From positions 3,793 through 67,792 of the forward strand of contig JAWLCS010000007.1 of NCBI GenBank assembly GCA_041687035.1: a stretch of 64,000 bases of DNA, written 5' to 3'. Below the pieces are notes generated by a model. That model saw nothing but the letters and a program-made list of their open reading frames with translations, was not told the origin of the DNA and searched no databases. The stretch comes from Bacteroidales bacterium (GTDB lineage: Bacteria; Bacteroidota; Bacteroidia; Bacteroidales; UBA7960). A program made the translations under genes and the position numbers. Positions 1-9,579 of the stretch are shown in pieces (the first letter of the stretch is position 1; the number at the start of each line of letters is the position of its first letter).

Positions 1-381
1 CGGGACTTTGCTGTAAACCAGTTCAGAATACCTTTTTGCCTCATCAAACGGGTCTGCCTCGCCCCTGATTCTGAAAATATTTTCCGGAGGTATGGGCACG
101 CGATCGAGCAGGCTGTTTTTGGTCATTTTGAAGTTGCTCTCATCCTGATCGGGAGGCACACAACGTTCATCGCCCCAAAATAATTGAAGGTGGTTCCATT
201 GAATGTTCTCCGGATTTCGTGAAAGGAACTCAAACACTGCCTTGGGTGTTGAACCACCAGAAAGCATCAAAGAGAAAATTTTTCCGGCTTTCAAGGCTGC
301 CATTTCTTTCATGAGCTTATCAGCAAAGAATGCGGCAATTTCATCTATTAATTTGAAAACATGTACAGATCTCTTGCTCAT
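1..381 (-). CDS. pgl: 6-phosphogluconolactonase, N-terminal 127 codons (gene runs off the left edge)
   Basis: My own minus-strand translation from ATG (381-379) stays open to position 1: MSKRSVHVFKLIDE...LSGGSTP...LFWGDERCV. These are lactonase signature motifs. The start overlaps the zwf stop in an ATGA arrangement. Confidence 0.85.
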   Translation of the reverse strand, partial: MSKRSVHVFKLIDEIAAFFADKLMKEMAALKAGKIFSLMLSGGSTPKAVFEFLSRNPENIQWNHLQLFWGDERCVPPDQDESNFKMTKNSLLDRVPIPPENIFRIRGEADPFDEAKRYSELVYSKVP

Positions 382-1910
382 AGTTTACAGAAATTATCAT
401 CACCAGTGAGTGCAGGGCAAGGATGTCTCCAGGTCATTTCAGGTTCTTCGATCAGGCTGTCAGCCACGTCAGGGCCCCAACTTCCTGCCGGATAGCCGTA
501 AACCGGAATTTCTGGATTGTTTTTCCATGCGTTAAGGATTGGAGCAATAAATTTCCATGCTGCCATAACGGCATCAATCCTGGCATAAAGCGTAGAGTCG
601 CCGGTCATGCTGTCGAGCAACAGGCGCTCATAGGCATCAGGAATGCGAAAATGCAAAAGATCGGAATAATGAAAATCCATATTGACGTTTTCCAAATGAA
701 AACCAGCTCCGGGTGTTTTCATGGCAAATCTAATGAGCATACCCTCATCGGGTTGAATGCGAATGATTAACTGATTGCAGGTATCGCAAGATCCTTTCTG
801 CGCAAACAGGTGGTGGGGTGTTGGCTTGAAGTGGATCACCGCTTCAGTAACCCTTATTGGGAGGTGTTTGCCTGAACGGATATAAAAAGGAACACCGCCC
901 CAACGCCAGTTGTCAATATAAAACTTCAGGGCAACATAGGTTTCCGTTTTTGAAGCCGGATCAACCCCATCCTCTTCCCGGTAACCTTTTACATTTTTTC
1001 CCTGTATATGTGATCCGACATACTGCCCGCGAATGGCCACGCTTCCTGCATTCTCTTCACTGATTGGGCGAAGCGATTGCAGCACTTTTACTGTTTCATT
1101 TCTGATGGCGTCGGCCTCAATGGAGGCTGGTGGCTCCATGGCTATAAGGCTGACAAGCTGAAGCAGGTGGTTTTGGACCATATCGCGCAAAGCGCCTGAT
1201 TCTTCGTAGTATCCGCCACGCTGACCCACGCCAAAATTCTCAGCAGAGGTTATTTCCACATGATGAATGAAATTGCGGTTCCACAGCGGCTCAAAAATGC
1301 CATTTGAGAATCGTGTAACCAATACGTTCTGAACCGTTTCTTTTCCCAGATAATGGTCAATCCTGTAAATCTGATTTTCGTTCCAGTTTTGCTGCAGGCT
1401 GGCATTCAGTTTTTCGGCGCTTTCAAGATCGTAACCAAAAGGTTTTTCAACGATCAATCGTTTCCAGCCTTTTTCTTCGTGGTTGAGCCCGGCGGCTGCC
1501 AGACCCTGTGCAATGATTTGGTAAAGAATGGGCGGGGTTGACAAATAAAAAATGCTGTTATGGTTTCCAATTTCCAACTGTTGACGCAGGTTTTCGAGCC
1601 GCCCGTTCAGTATTTGAAAATCCCCCATTTCAGCTGGGTCTAACCGCTGATAATAAAGCCTGCCCACAAATGCTTCAATTTTGCTAAGGTCATTTTCTTT
1701 TGAAACCTCCCTGATGGCAGCGGCCATGGACTGCCTGAATTCCTCATCGGTAAGTGCAGTACGGCCCGAACCGACTATTGCAAGTTTTTCAGGCAGCAGG
1801 TTCAAAACTTCCAGGGCAAAAAGTGAAGGCATGAGCTTGCGCTTATTCAGGTCGCCAGTGGCGCCAAAAATCACCAATACCTGGTTATCTGGTCTGTTGT
1901 TGTGGTTCAT
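378..1910 (-). CDS. zwf: glucose-6-phosphate 1-dehydrogenase
   Basis: ORF 378..1940. Contains the NADP motif FGATGDLNKRKL and the active-site motif RIDHYLGKE. I moved the start to the internal ATG at 1910 (MNHNNRPDNQVLVIFGATGD). Confidence 0.93.
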   Translation of the reverse strand: MNHNNRPDNQVLVIFGATGDLNKRKLMPSLFALEVLNLLPEKLAIVGSGRTALTDEEFRQSMAAAIREVSKENDLSKIEAFVGRLYYQRLDPAEMGDFQILNGRLENLRQQLEIGNHNSIFYLSTPPILYQIIAQGLAAAGLNHEEKGWKRLIVEKPFGYDLESAEKLNASLQQNWNENQIYRIDHYLGKETVQNVLVTRFSNGIFEPLWNRNFIHHVEITSAENFGVGQRGGYYEESGALRDMVQNHLLQLVSLIAMEPPASIEADAIRNETVKVLQSLRPISEENAGSVAIRGQYVGSHIQGKNVKGYREEDGVDPASKTETYVALKFYIDNWRWGGVPFYIRSGKHLPIRVTEAVIHFKPTPHHLFAQKGSCDTCNQLIIRIQPDEGMLIRFAMKTPGAGFHLENVNMDFHYSDLLHFRIPDAYERLLLDSMTGDSTLYARIDAVMAAWKFIAPILNAWKNNPEIPVYGYPAGSWGPDVADSLIEEPEMTWRHPCPALTGDDNFCKL

Positions 1911-1989
1911 CTTTATCGGTATTAACAGCCTGGCCACCAAATTGGTTCCGGAGCGCTGTGGTCAAATCCGGTTAAAAAAACAATCTTGT

Positions 1990-2676
1990 TCAGGCTGGTT
2001 TTCTTTCCGGTTTCAAACGCTCATAAATGGGAATTACTAACAACATCATGGCCATAAAATAAACGGAGTCCTCAATGGGAATGGAGGTAATACGAAATCC
2101 AATTTTCTCAGCTGGGTTGTACCAAACCACCGGCAAGGCCGTAAGCACGCCATTTACGATCAGAAATGGCACCAGTGTTATAAGGTAAGTAACGTAATAA
2201 TGACTCAGCCAGGTTCTGTGGTTTTTTAAAATGGGTTGCAGTATCATTAATGCGCCTGCCAGCAGCATTACGATCATGGTGTAAAGTTTTCCGATATGCA
2301 TAAAACCAACCACCAAAAGACCTATGCCCCCGTAGATGGAAATCCATTTTGCCAAAACCGGAAAACTGATCTTTGGAAAGAAATACCGAATGACTTCGTA
2401 GGTAAATACTACGCAATAAGTTATCACAACAAAGAAAAGCCATTCTTCAATGGGTAGGCCGGCAATGTAAAACCCGGAAACATAATCGTGTGAGAAGCCC
2501 CACACACCATGCTTTGTAAAAGCCACATCCCATGGGATAAAAACCAGCATCATTACAAATATGCCACCAAGCAATGCTTTCCAGTTCCCAATAAAATATA
2601 TGCGGGGCTCAAAGCTGCGAATCAGAGGCACCAGGATGCTTCCGGCAAGAAGCAAAGCGTAGGTCCATTGCTGCAT
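1990..2676 (-). CDS. fused heterodimer-type (CrtYc/CrtYd-like) lycopene cyclase domain protein
   Basis: 228-aa polytopic membrane protein. It has two tandem halves, each with the lycopene-cyclase-domain motif (GLPIEEWLFF and SIPIEDSVYF). Confidence 0.75.
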   Translation of the reverse strand: MQQWTYALLLAGSILVPLIRSFEPRIYFIGNWKALLGGIFVMMLVFIPWDVAFTKHGVWGFSHDYVSGFYIAGLPIEEWLFFVVITYCVVFTYEVIRYFFPKISFPVLAKWISIYGGIGLLVVGFMHIGKLYTMIVMLLAGALMILQPILKNHRTWLSHYYVTYLITLVPFLIVNGVLTALPVVWYNPAEKIGFRITSIPIEDSVYFMAMMLLVIPIYERLKPERKPA

Positions 2677-2788
2677 AATATTGTTTTTTTGTTTTACTTA
2701 TACCTTTCCCTATAATCCGTTGCATATTTAACACATTTTCAGGAAGAAATGTTTTTAAACAAAAAATTCAGCAATTAATAAAATTGGC

Positions 2789-2796
2789 TAATTTTG
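2789..2796 (+). promoter_or_regulatory. Bacteroidota-type -7 box (TAATTTTG)
   Basis: Exact TAnnTTTG match 22 nt upstream of the crtW ATG at 2818. Confidence 0.45.
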
Positions 2797-2817
2797 GCTT
2801 TTATCAACACCACAGCC

Positions 2818-3495
2818 ATGGGAATTTTTATTGCAATTGCAGTCATTTTGATATGGGGAGGCCACCTGGCCTATATGCTATTACGCCTTGAGCCATCGTG
2901 GAGCAACCCCTGGATGTATGCTCATATACTGATTCAGGCCTATTTATATACGGGCTTATTCATTACGGGGCACGACGCCATGCATGGCAACATACACCCC
3001 TCGAAAAAGGTTAACCAGGTGCTGGGCACCATTGCAGTAGGTCTATTTGCCGGTATGTCATATAAAATGCTTCGCAAAAACCATGGGTTGCACCACAAGC
3101 ATCCCGCCTCTGAAAAAGACCCTGATTTTTATGTGAAGTCGCAGAATTTCTTTGCCTGGTGGGCGATGTTTATGTGGCGCTATCTTACTATAATGCAGTT
3201 GGTTATAATGGCTGTTATTTACAATGTGCTGGTGCACTTGCTTAAACTCGACAACACAGCGGTATTGCTTTACTGGGCCTTGCCGGCTATTTTGGGTACC
3301 TTTCAGCTTTTTGCTGCAGGGGTTTACTGGCCCCACCGGCTACCTCACCTACCCGAGATGGGTCCGCACAAGGCTCGCACCCTGGGCAAGAACCATTTAT
3401 GGGCCATGCTCAGCTGCTATTTTTTCGGATACCACCGCGAGCACCACAACGACCCGCGCGTTTCGTGGTGGCAGCTGTATAAAACCAAGCCCTGA
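2818..3495 (+). CDS. crtW: beta-carotene ketolase (fatty-acid-desaturase-type di-iron enzyme)
   Basis: Three His boxes are present: HDAMHG, HGLHHKH and HREHH. Size is about 225 aa. I chose the ATG at 2818 because the TTG at 2794 lies inside a TAATTTTG -7 box. Confidence 0.75.
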   Translation: MGIFIAIAVILIWGGHLAYMLLRLEPSWSNPWMYAHILIQAYLYTGLFITGHDAMHGNIHPSKKVNQVLGTIAVGLFAGMSYKMLRKNHGLHHKHPASEKDPDFYVKSQNFFAWWAMFMWRYLTIMQLVIMAVIYNVLVHLLKLDNTAVLLYWALPAILGTFQLFAAGVYWPHRLPHLPEMGPHKARTLGKNHLWAMLSCYFFGYHREHHNDPRVSWWQLYKTKP

Positions 3496-3497
3496 GC

Positions 3498-4472
3498 CTA
3501 CAGTATCTCTCTGGCGTAATGGAAGTTCGCAGGCAGTCCTCCGGTATGCCAGAACAGCACCTTTGAGCCGGGTTTGATCTTTTTGTTATCCAGAAAATCC
3601 GTCATGGCAAAAAAGGCCCTGCCAGTGTAAACCGGGTCGAGCAAAATGCCTTCCATTTGGGCCAGTTCGTGAATGGCCTGGCGCTCCTGCCCTGATACCA
3701 CTCCATAGCCTGCCTCATCATATCCTTTTATCAGCTCCACATCGCTTTCGCGGAAAACAGTGTTGATGCCCAGCGCTGGAGCTGCTTCAGCGCACAGCTC
3801 GAGAACGATTTCTTCCAAGGTTGCAAAACCCAGTTCAGGTTTTTGGATACTTACGGGCATCAGTCTGGCTTTTACTCCGAAGCTCTCTTTGCCCAGCAAA
3901 ATGCCGGCCTGGGTGCCACCCGAACAGGAAGCAAAGAAAATGAAATCCATTTCAAGATTTTGGCTGTCAAGCTGCTGCCTCAACTCTTTCATGGCGTCAA
4001 CAAAACCGAGTATACCCGTGCTATTTGATCCACCATATGGAATAAAATAAGGCTTTTTCCCTTGGGCTTTCAGGTCGTCCAATACCTTCTCCACCAACTT
4101 ATCGTTGATCTGCGGGCCAGCATAATGAATTTTCGCGCCAAGCAAAACCGAAAGCAAAAGGTTGCCATCGGGGAGTGCAGGCTCTTTTCCCCTGACAATG
4201 AGGTGACAGGCAAGTCCTTTTACAGCGGCTGCGGCCGCTGTTTGCCGGCAGTGGTTCGACTGCTGTGCCCCGGGCGTAACCAACGTGTCGCAACCTTGTT
4301 GCAAAGCCTCGGCGATAAGATACTCCAGTTTGCGCGTTTTGTTGCCACCCGAAGCCAGGCCAGTCTGATCGTCGCGCTTTATGAACAGCTCATAAGGCGC
4401 ATATTTGCGCGATAAATTCTGCAACTTATGCAATGGGGTTGGGAAAAAACCGAGGGATATCTTGTTTTGCAT
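3498..4472 (-). CDS. PLP-dependent D-cysteine desulfhydrase / ACC deaminase family protein
   Basis: Contains the PLP-lysine motif GGNKTRKLEYL, plus QSNHCRQTAAAA and a C-terminal WHTGG. Confidence 0.8.
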   Translation of the reverse strand: MQNKISLGFFPTPLHKLQNLSRKYAPYELFIKRDDQTGLASGGNKTRKLEYLIAEALQQGCDTLVTPGAQQSNHCRQTAAAAAVKGLACHLIVRGKEPALPDGNLLLSVLLGAKIHYAGPQINDKLVEKVLDDLKAQGKKPYFIPYGGSNSTGILGFVDAMKELRQQLDSQNLEMDFIFFASCSGGTQAGILLGKESFGVKARLMPVSIQKPELGFATLEEIVLELCAEAAPALGINTVFRESDVELIKGYDEAGYGVVSGQERQAIHELAQMEGILLDPVYTGRAFFAMTDFLDNKKIKPGSKVLFWHTGGLPANFHYAREIL

Positions 4473-4597
4473 GACTGATTTTTTTGAACTCGGATAAAGC
4501 TACAAATTTCTTTTCCCACAGCGAAAATCCCAAACCGAAAATTTGGACGCACATTCTTTCAAAAAATTGTATTTTCACGCTGTAAACAAAAATCCTT

Positions 4598-5635
4598 ATG
4601 CTTCAAACCCTAATATTAGAAAAACCCTTTGTAACGGAATCGGGTTATGAGTTTCCCGGCATTGAAATAGGATACCATGTGTTTGGCGGCATAAGCCCCG
4701 ACAAACCGGTAGTTTGGATCGGTCATGCCCTTACGGGAAACAGCAACCCCATGGAGTGGTGGCCGGGCCTGTGCGGGCCAGGAAAAACCTTCGACCCACA
4801 GTTTCACACCATTGTGTGCGCCAATGTGCTGGGCTCATGCTATGGCACCACCGGAGCCGCTTCCATAAACCCTCTGACGGGCAAGCCCTACCTTCTGGAC
4901 TTTCCACTTATTACGGTTCGCGACATGGTGAGGGCACACGAAATCCTCAGGGTCCATCTTCAAATTGAATCTATTGACATGGTGATCGGTGGCTCACTGG
5001 GAGCTTTTCAGGGTATGGAATGGTGCATTATGCAGCCAGGCCTCATCAACCACCTGATGTTTATTGCGGCCGGGGCGCGCACCAGCCCTTGGGCAAAAGC
5101 CTTTAACGAAGCCCAGCGCATGGCCCTGGAAGCCGACCCCACTTTTTCTGACGGCAGTCCCGACGGGGGTCAGGCAGGCCTGCGCGCAGCCCGCGGTATG
5201 GGCATGGTGAGCTACCGCAGTTACGAAGCTTTTCAGAAAACCCAGTTCGACCCCGAAGACGACCGCATGGAGGGGTTTAACGCTTGCTCCTATCAGCGCT
5301 ACCAGGGCAGCAAGCTGGTAAACAGGTACAGCCCCCACGCCTATTACACTATTACCAAGGCCTTCGACTCGCACGATGTTGGCCGCCACCGGGGTGGAGT
5401 GAAAAAGGCCCTGGCTGGCATCGACGCCAAAGTGCATTGCATCAGCATCGAATCCGATATTCTTTTTCCGGTAGAAGAGGTAAAACAAGTGGCAGAGATG
5501 ATTCCGAAAGCTAACCATCAAACCATGAAAAGCCTTTATGGGCACGATGGCTTCCTGGTAGAAAACGAGGCCTTGCACCACATTATTACGGCCACTGCCT
5601 GGGAAGCAAAATACGTGAAAAGCATCGATGGTTAA
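4598..5635 (+). CDS. metX: homoserine O-acetyltransferase
   Basis: Alpha/beta hydrolase with GHALTGNS, the nucleophile elbow GGSLGAFQ and C-terminal GHDGFL, all typical of MetX. Confidence 0.88.
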   Translation: MLQTLILEKPFVTESGYEFPGIEIGYHVFGGISPDKPVVWIGHALTGNSNPMEWWPGLCGPGKTFDPQFHTIVCANVLGSCYGTTGAASINPLTGKPYLLDFPLITVRDMVRAHEILRVHLQIESIDMVIGGSLGAFQGMEWCIMQPGLINHLMFIAAGARTSPWAKAFNEAQRMALEADPTFSDGSPDGGQAGLRAARGMGMVSYRSYEAFQKTQFDPEDDRMEGFNACSYQRYQGSKLVNRYSPHAYYTITKAFDSHDVGRHRGGVKKALAGIDAKVHCISIESDILFPVEEVKQVAEMIPKANHQTMKSLYGHDGFLVENEALHHIITATAWEAKYVKSIDG

Positions 5636-5714
5636 TAGATATTTTAAGGCAGCTCTCTTGACTTTTATCAAATTAATTCGTATATTTACGACTTAACTTA
5701 AAAAAATACATTAT

Positions 5715-5999
5715 ATGAGCAAGTTCGAAGACTATAAGGAAAAAATGAAGGCCAAACTCGAAGAGTGGGAAGCCGACCTCGACAAACTGAAAGCAAAAGC
5801 AAAAGGTGAAAAAGCTGATGCAAAGATTGAGCACAGGGAAGAAATTGAAGAGTTGGAAGGGAAACTTGAAAAAGGCAAGAAGAATTTCAAGGAGTTGGTA
5901 GACAAAGGCGAAGATGCCTGGGAATCGGTTAAGGACAATTTTGAGAAAACCGTTGATTCTGTTTCTGACAAATTCAAGAAATTCAAGGAAAAATTCTGA
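5715..5999 (+). CDS. small Lys/Glu-rich coiled-coil protein, function unknown
   Basis: 94 aa, with no hydrophobic segment and a heptad-like K/E pattern. An ATG starts it and a strong terminator follows. Confidence 0.6.
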   Translation: MSKFEDYKEKMKAKLEEWEADLDKLKAKAKGEKADAKIEHREEIEELEGKLEKGKKNFKELVDKGEDAWESVKDNFEKTVDSVSDKFKKFKEKF

Positions 6000-6022
6000 G
6001 CCATTCAGGAGTATTTAAAAAA

Positions 6023-6052
6023 ACAGCGGGCACTTACCCGCTGTTTTTTTTT
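6023..6052. terminator. bidirectional rho-independent terminator
   Basis: Stem acagcggg / cccgctgt with loop cactta. An A-run lies 5' and a T-run 3'. It sits between convergent genes. Confidence 0.8.
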
Positions 6053-6062
6053 CTGATTCTTT

Positions 6063-6917
6063 CTAAAGTTTTTCGAGGCACTCTTTGAGGCTGTCGCGCC
6101 AGTGCGGAATCTCAATACCAAAATCCTTTTTGATACGTCCCTTGTTCAGCAAGCTGTACAAAGGCCTCTGAGCAGCCTGGGTAAGGTCTTTCGTCAGGAT
6201 CGGCACCACCTTGCAAGCCAGACCTTTATATTCAATCACGGCCTTGGCAAAATCGTACCAGCTGGCTACACCCTCGTTGCTGAAGTTGTAAATCTCTCCC
6301 CTGATTTTTGAAGGCACTTTGGGAATAATCTCCAGGATGGCGCGGGCCAGATCGCGGGCATAAGTTGGGGTGCCCACCTGGTCGTAAATCACCTTCAGTT
6401 CTTTCTCAGCTTTTGCCTTCTCCAGAATGGTCTTCACGAAATTGTGGCCAAAGCTGGAATAAAGCCAGGAGGTACGGATAATAATGGCCCTTTTGGCATT
6501 GAACATTACCTCTATTTCGCCGTCAAGCTTTGATTTTCCGTAAATCGACTTGGGGTTTGCGGTGTCGTTTTCGGTATAGGGTTTATAATTCTTCCCATCA
6601 AAAACATAATCGGTAGAAATGTGCACCATCATCGCGCCGACTTTCGCCGAAGCCTCGGCAATATACTTGGTGGCGGTCGAATTGAGCAGGGTGGCCTGAC
6701 CTTTGTCGTCCTCGGCCTTATCAACCTGGGTGTATCCGACGCAGTTTACCACACACTCAATTTTGTTGCTTTTCATAAACTTATTCACCTTCTCGGCATT
6801 GGTCACATCCAATTCCTTCACATCAGTAAAGAAAAACTGATGCTGTTTGTATTGGGGGGCCAGTTCGCGGAACTCGCTGCCAAGTTGTCCATTGCTTCCG
6901 GTAATGAGTATATTCAT
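6063..6917 (-). CDS. rfbD: dTDP-4-dehydrorhamnose reductase
   Basis: MNILITGSNGQLG Rossmann start, STDYVFDG and YGKSKLDGE (the YxxxK catalytic motif), typical of RmlD. Confidence 0.88.
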   Translation of the reverse strand: MNILITGSNGQLGSEFRELAPQYKQHQFFFTDVKELDVTNAEKVNKFMKSNKIECVVNCVGYTQVDKAEDDKGQATLLNSTATKYIAEASAKVGAMMVHISTDYVFDGKNYKPYTENDTANPKSIYGKSKLDGEIEVMFNAKRAIIIRTSWLYSSFGHNFVKTILEKAKAEKELKVIYDQVGTPTYARDLARAILEIIPKVPSKIRGEIYNFSNEGVASWYDFAKAVIEYKGLACKVVPILTKDLTQAAQRPLYSLLNKGRIKKDFGIEIPHWRDSLKECLEKL

Positions 6918-6929
6918 ATATGAAGTTTC

Positions 6930-7871
6930 TTAAAGGTTCAAAATATTCTTAAAGTAACCAATGGTATGCTTCAGGCCTTGTTCGAGCTGCACTTCGGGCT
7001 GCCATCCCAGGGTTTCACGTGCCAGGCTTATATCGGGCTGGCGCTGCATGGGATCGTCCTGCGGCAGGGGCATATGCACAATTTTTGAGCGGGAGCCTGT
7101 GAGCCTAAGCACTGCTTCGGCCAACTCCAGCATGGTGAATTCGCCGGGGTTGCCAAGGTTTATGGGGCCGGTCACCGTATCGGGGGTTTCCATCAGGGCA
7201 ATCAGGGCCTTCACCATATCGTCGACGTAGCAAAAGCTGCGCGTCTGGGTGCCATCCCCAAAAATGGTAATGTCCTCCCCTTTCAGCGCCTGCACAATAA
7301 AGTTCGACACCACGCGCCCATCGTTTGGGTGCATGCGCGGGCCGTAGGTGTTGAAAATACGGGCAATCTTAATCTTCACGTGGTTCTGGCGGTGGTAGTT
7401 CACAAAAAGGGCTTCGGCGCAACGCTTGCCTTCGTCGTAGCAAGCCCTGGGCCCAATGGGGTTCACATTTCCCCAGTAGCTTTCGGGCTGCGGATGCACC
7501 TCCGGGTCGCCATACACCTCGCTGGTAGAAGCCTGCAGCACCTTGGCGTTCAACCTTTTGGCCAATCCCAGCATATTAATGGCGCCCATTACCGAGGTCT
7601 TAATGGTTTTAATTCCATTATACTGATAATGAATGGGCGATGCCGGACAGGCCAGGTTATAAATTTCGTCGGCTTCAATAAAAAAAGGCATAGTAATGTC
7701 ATGCCTGATAAGTTCAAAGTAGGGATGGTCGAGCAGGTGAATAATATTTTGCTTTTGTCCTGTAAAAAAATTATCGAGACAGAATACTTCATGCCCTTTT
7801 TCAAGCAGCGTTTCACACAAGTGCGAACCTACAAAGCCTGCACCTCCTGTAACCAATATTCGTTTTTTCAT
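6930..7871 (-). CDS. UDP-glucuronate decarboxylase (UDP-xylose synthase)
   Basis: [22 protein letters not shown], and YDEGKRCAE (YxxxK). I set the start at ATG 7871 (MKKRILV) rather than the ORF maximum of 7913. Confidence 0.85.
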   Translation of the reverse strand: MKKRILVTGGAGFVGSHLCETLLEKGHEVFCLDNFFTGQKQNIIHLLDHPYFELIRHDITMPFFIEADEIYNLACPASPIHYQYNGIKTIKTSVMGAINMLGLAKRLNAKVLQASTSEVYGDPEVHPQPESYWGNVNPIGPRACYDEGKRCAEALFVNYHRQNHVKIKIARIFNTYGPRMHPNDGRVVSNFIVQALKGEDITIFGDGTQTRSFCYVDDMVKALIALMETPDTVTGPINLGNPGEFTMLELAEAVLRLTGSRSKIVHMPLPQDDPMQRQPDISLARETLGWQPEVQLEQGLKHTIGYFKNILNL

Positions 7872-7924
7872 GCTTGGTAAAAAATGTGTAAGCCGGGAAA
7901 AAAGCAGTGTCATCCGGCAAGCAA

Positions 7925-7932
7925 CAAATTTA
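7925..7932 (-). promoter_or_regulatory. Bacteroidota-type -7 box (TAAATTTG on the minus strand)
   Basis: Exact TAnnTTTG match 54 nt upstream of the ATG at 7871. Confidence 0.4.
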
Positions 7933-8045
7933 TCTATTTTTTTCGAATGGGATTGTTTTTTGGTTCAATAAGGAATTTTATAAAAAAACTATAGAAATTC
8001 ATCCTGAATGAGGCAAAAGCATTTCAGAAAATAGAATATTTCTTT

Positions 8046-8053
8046 TAAATTTG
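8046..8053 (+). promoter_or_regulatory. Bacteroidota-type -7 box (TAAATTTG)
   Basis: Exact TAnnTTTG match 35 nt upstream of the ATG at 8088. Confidence 0.45.
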
Positions 8054-8087
8054 GTATAAACTCCATTTCAGCAAAAGCCACAGAAAA

Positions 8088-9539
8088 ATGCCTCACTCCA
8101 ATATCTCCCGCGAAGTTCTGGACCCCACCCGTAAAGCCTTGTTTATTAATCTGGACGACAGCATTTTCGGATCGTTTGCCGAAATTGGAGCCGGGCAGGA
8201 GGTGGCCCGCTGCTTTTTTCAGTCGGGTGGCGCCTCAGGCACTGTGGCGCGCACCATCTCGGCCTACGACATGCAGTTCAGCAACTCCCTATACGGGAAA
8301 AGCCCCAGTGGCCGCTACGTGTCGGAGCAGCGCCTCATGCAAATGCTCGACATAGAATTTAAGAGCCTGCAGGACCTGCTTGGCAACAAACGGGGCGAGC
8401 ACACCCGCTTTTTTGTTTTTGCCAACACGGTAACTACCCTCAACTTCAAGAAAGACAACGACCCCCATGGCTGGATAGGCGTGCGTTTTCAGCTTAACCC
8501 CGGCGACCCGCCCAACGATGTGGTGCTGCATGTGCGTTTGCTCGAAAACGACAGCCTGCTGCAGCAAAAAACCCTGGGCATACTGGGCGTAAACCTCATC
8601 TACGCCTGCTACTACAACTATCAGTATCCCAACAGTTTCCTCAAATCGCTGCTCGAATCCATTTCCGACGACCGCATCGAGATCGACATGATACGCATGA
8701 ACGGCCCCGACCTTGAATACGTCGACAACAGGTTGCTGGCCGTTCAGCTCGTAAAAAACGGCATGACCAGCGTGACCATGTTCGACCGCCATGCCAAGGT
8801 ACAGCAACCCTCCGACCTGCTGTACAAAAAAAACACCATGGTGCTGCGCGGCAGTTTCAGACCCATCACCTATGTAGGATTCGACATGCTCAAGGCTGGC
8901 TTTTCGCTGTTTAAGGATGAAGTGGGCTTCGACAAGAAAAATACGGTGGTATTGTGCGAAATGACCCTCAACAACCTGATGGGTGGGGGCGACTTCGATG
9001 AGCGCGACTTTCTGGACCGCGTCGACATACTGTGCGGCATGGGCCAGAACGTAATGATCTCAAACTTCCGGGAATTTTACAAGCTGGCAGAGTGGTTCAG
9101 GCGCTTCCGTATGGGGAGCATTCGTATGGTAATCGGTGCATACACTTTTCAAAATGTGCTTGAAAAAAAATACTACAACCACTTACGGGGCGGCATACTT
9201 GAGGCCTTCGGCAAGCTCTTCATGGAAAACCTGAAGGTATATATTTACCCCAGCCGCGAAAACGAGGAGAGTGAAATCGTTACCATTGAAAACATGCCAG
9301 CGGATAAGGAAGTTAGTCACCTGTACCAGTATCTGATTGAAAACAACTGGATTGTCGACATTCCCGGCTACCGCAAGGAAGTTTTGCCTTTCTTCTCCCA
9401 CATTGTCATGAAAAAAATGAATGAAAATGACCCTGCCTGGGAAAAAATGGTTCCGCGCTATGTTTCCTCCTTTATCAAAAGCAAGAACCTGTTTGGCTAC
9501 GGGATGCCCAAAAAACGAGGAAGGGCAGCCAAAAAATGA
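8088..9539 (+). CDS. conserved hypothetical cytoplasmic protein, function unknown
   Basis: 483 aa, with no signal peptide or TM segment. It has an N-terminal motif FGSFAEIGAGQEVARCFFQSGGASGTVARTISAYDM and a basic C-terminal tail KKRGRAAKK. Confidence 0.7.
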   Translation: MPHSNISREVLDPTRKALFINLDDSIFGSFAEIGAGQEVARCFFQSGGASGTVARTISAYDMQFSNSLYGKSPSGRYVSEQRLMQMLDIEFKSLQDLLGNKRGEHTRFFVFANTVTTLNFKKDNDPHGWIGVRFQLNPGDPPNDVVLHVRLLENDSLLQQKTLGILGVNLIYACYYNYQYPNSFLKSLLESISDDRIEIDMIRMNGPDLEYVDNRLLAVQLVKNGMTSVTMFDRHAKVQQPSDLLYKKNTMVLRGSFRPITYVGFDMLKAGFSLFKDEVGFDKKNTVVLCEMTLNNLMGGGDFDERDFLDRVDILCGMGQNVMISNFREFYKLAEWFRRFRMGSIRMVIGAYTFQNVLEKKYYNHLRGGILEAFGKLFMENLKVYIYPSRENEESEIVTIENMPADKEVSHLYQYLIENNWIVDIPGYRKEVLPFFSHIVMKKMNENDPAWEKMVPRYVSSFIKSKNLFGYGMPKKRGRAAKK

Positions 9540-9579
9540 CCGCCCTTATCCCGAACCAACTCTATCAAACTAACCAAAA

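Noticed and set aside
4473-4597. A possible SAM riboswitch in front of metX, and an SAH riboswitch in front of ahcY (48418..48524).
   Set aside because: The regions are only ~105-125 nt, must also house divergent promoters, and show none of the conserved helices or junction sequences I know for these riboswitch classes.
5732-6004. A 90-aa Ser/Leu/Phe-rich ORF antisense to the small K/E-rich gene.
   Set aside because: It is the reverse-complement artefact of a GAA/AAG-rich coding sequence. The plus-strand frame has an ATG, an upstream AT-rich region and a downstream terminator.
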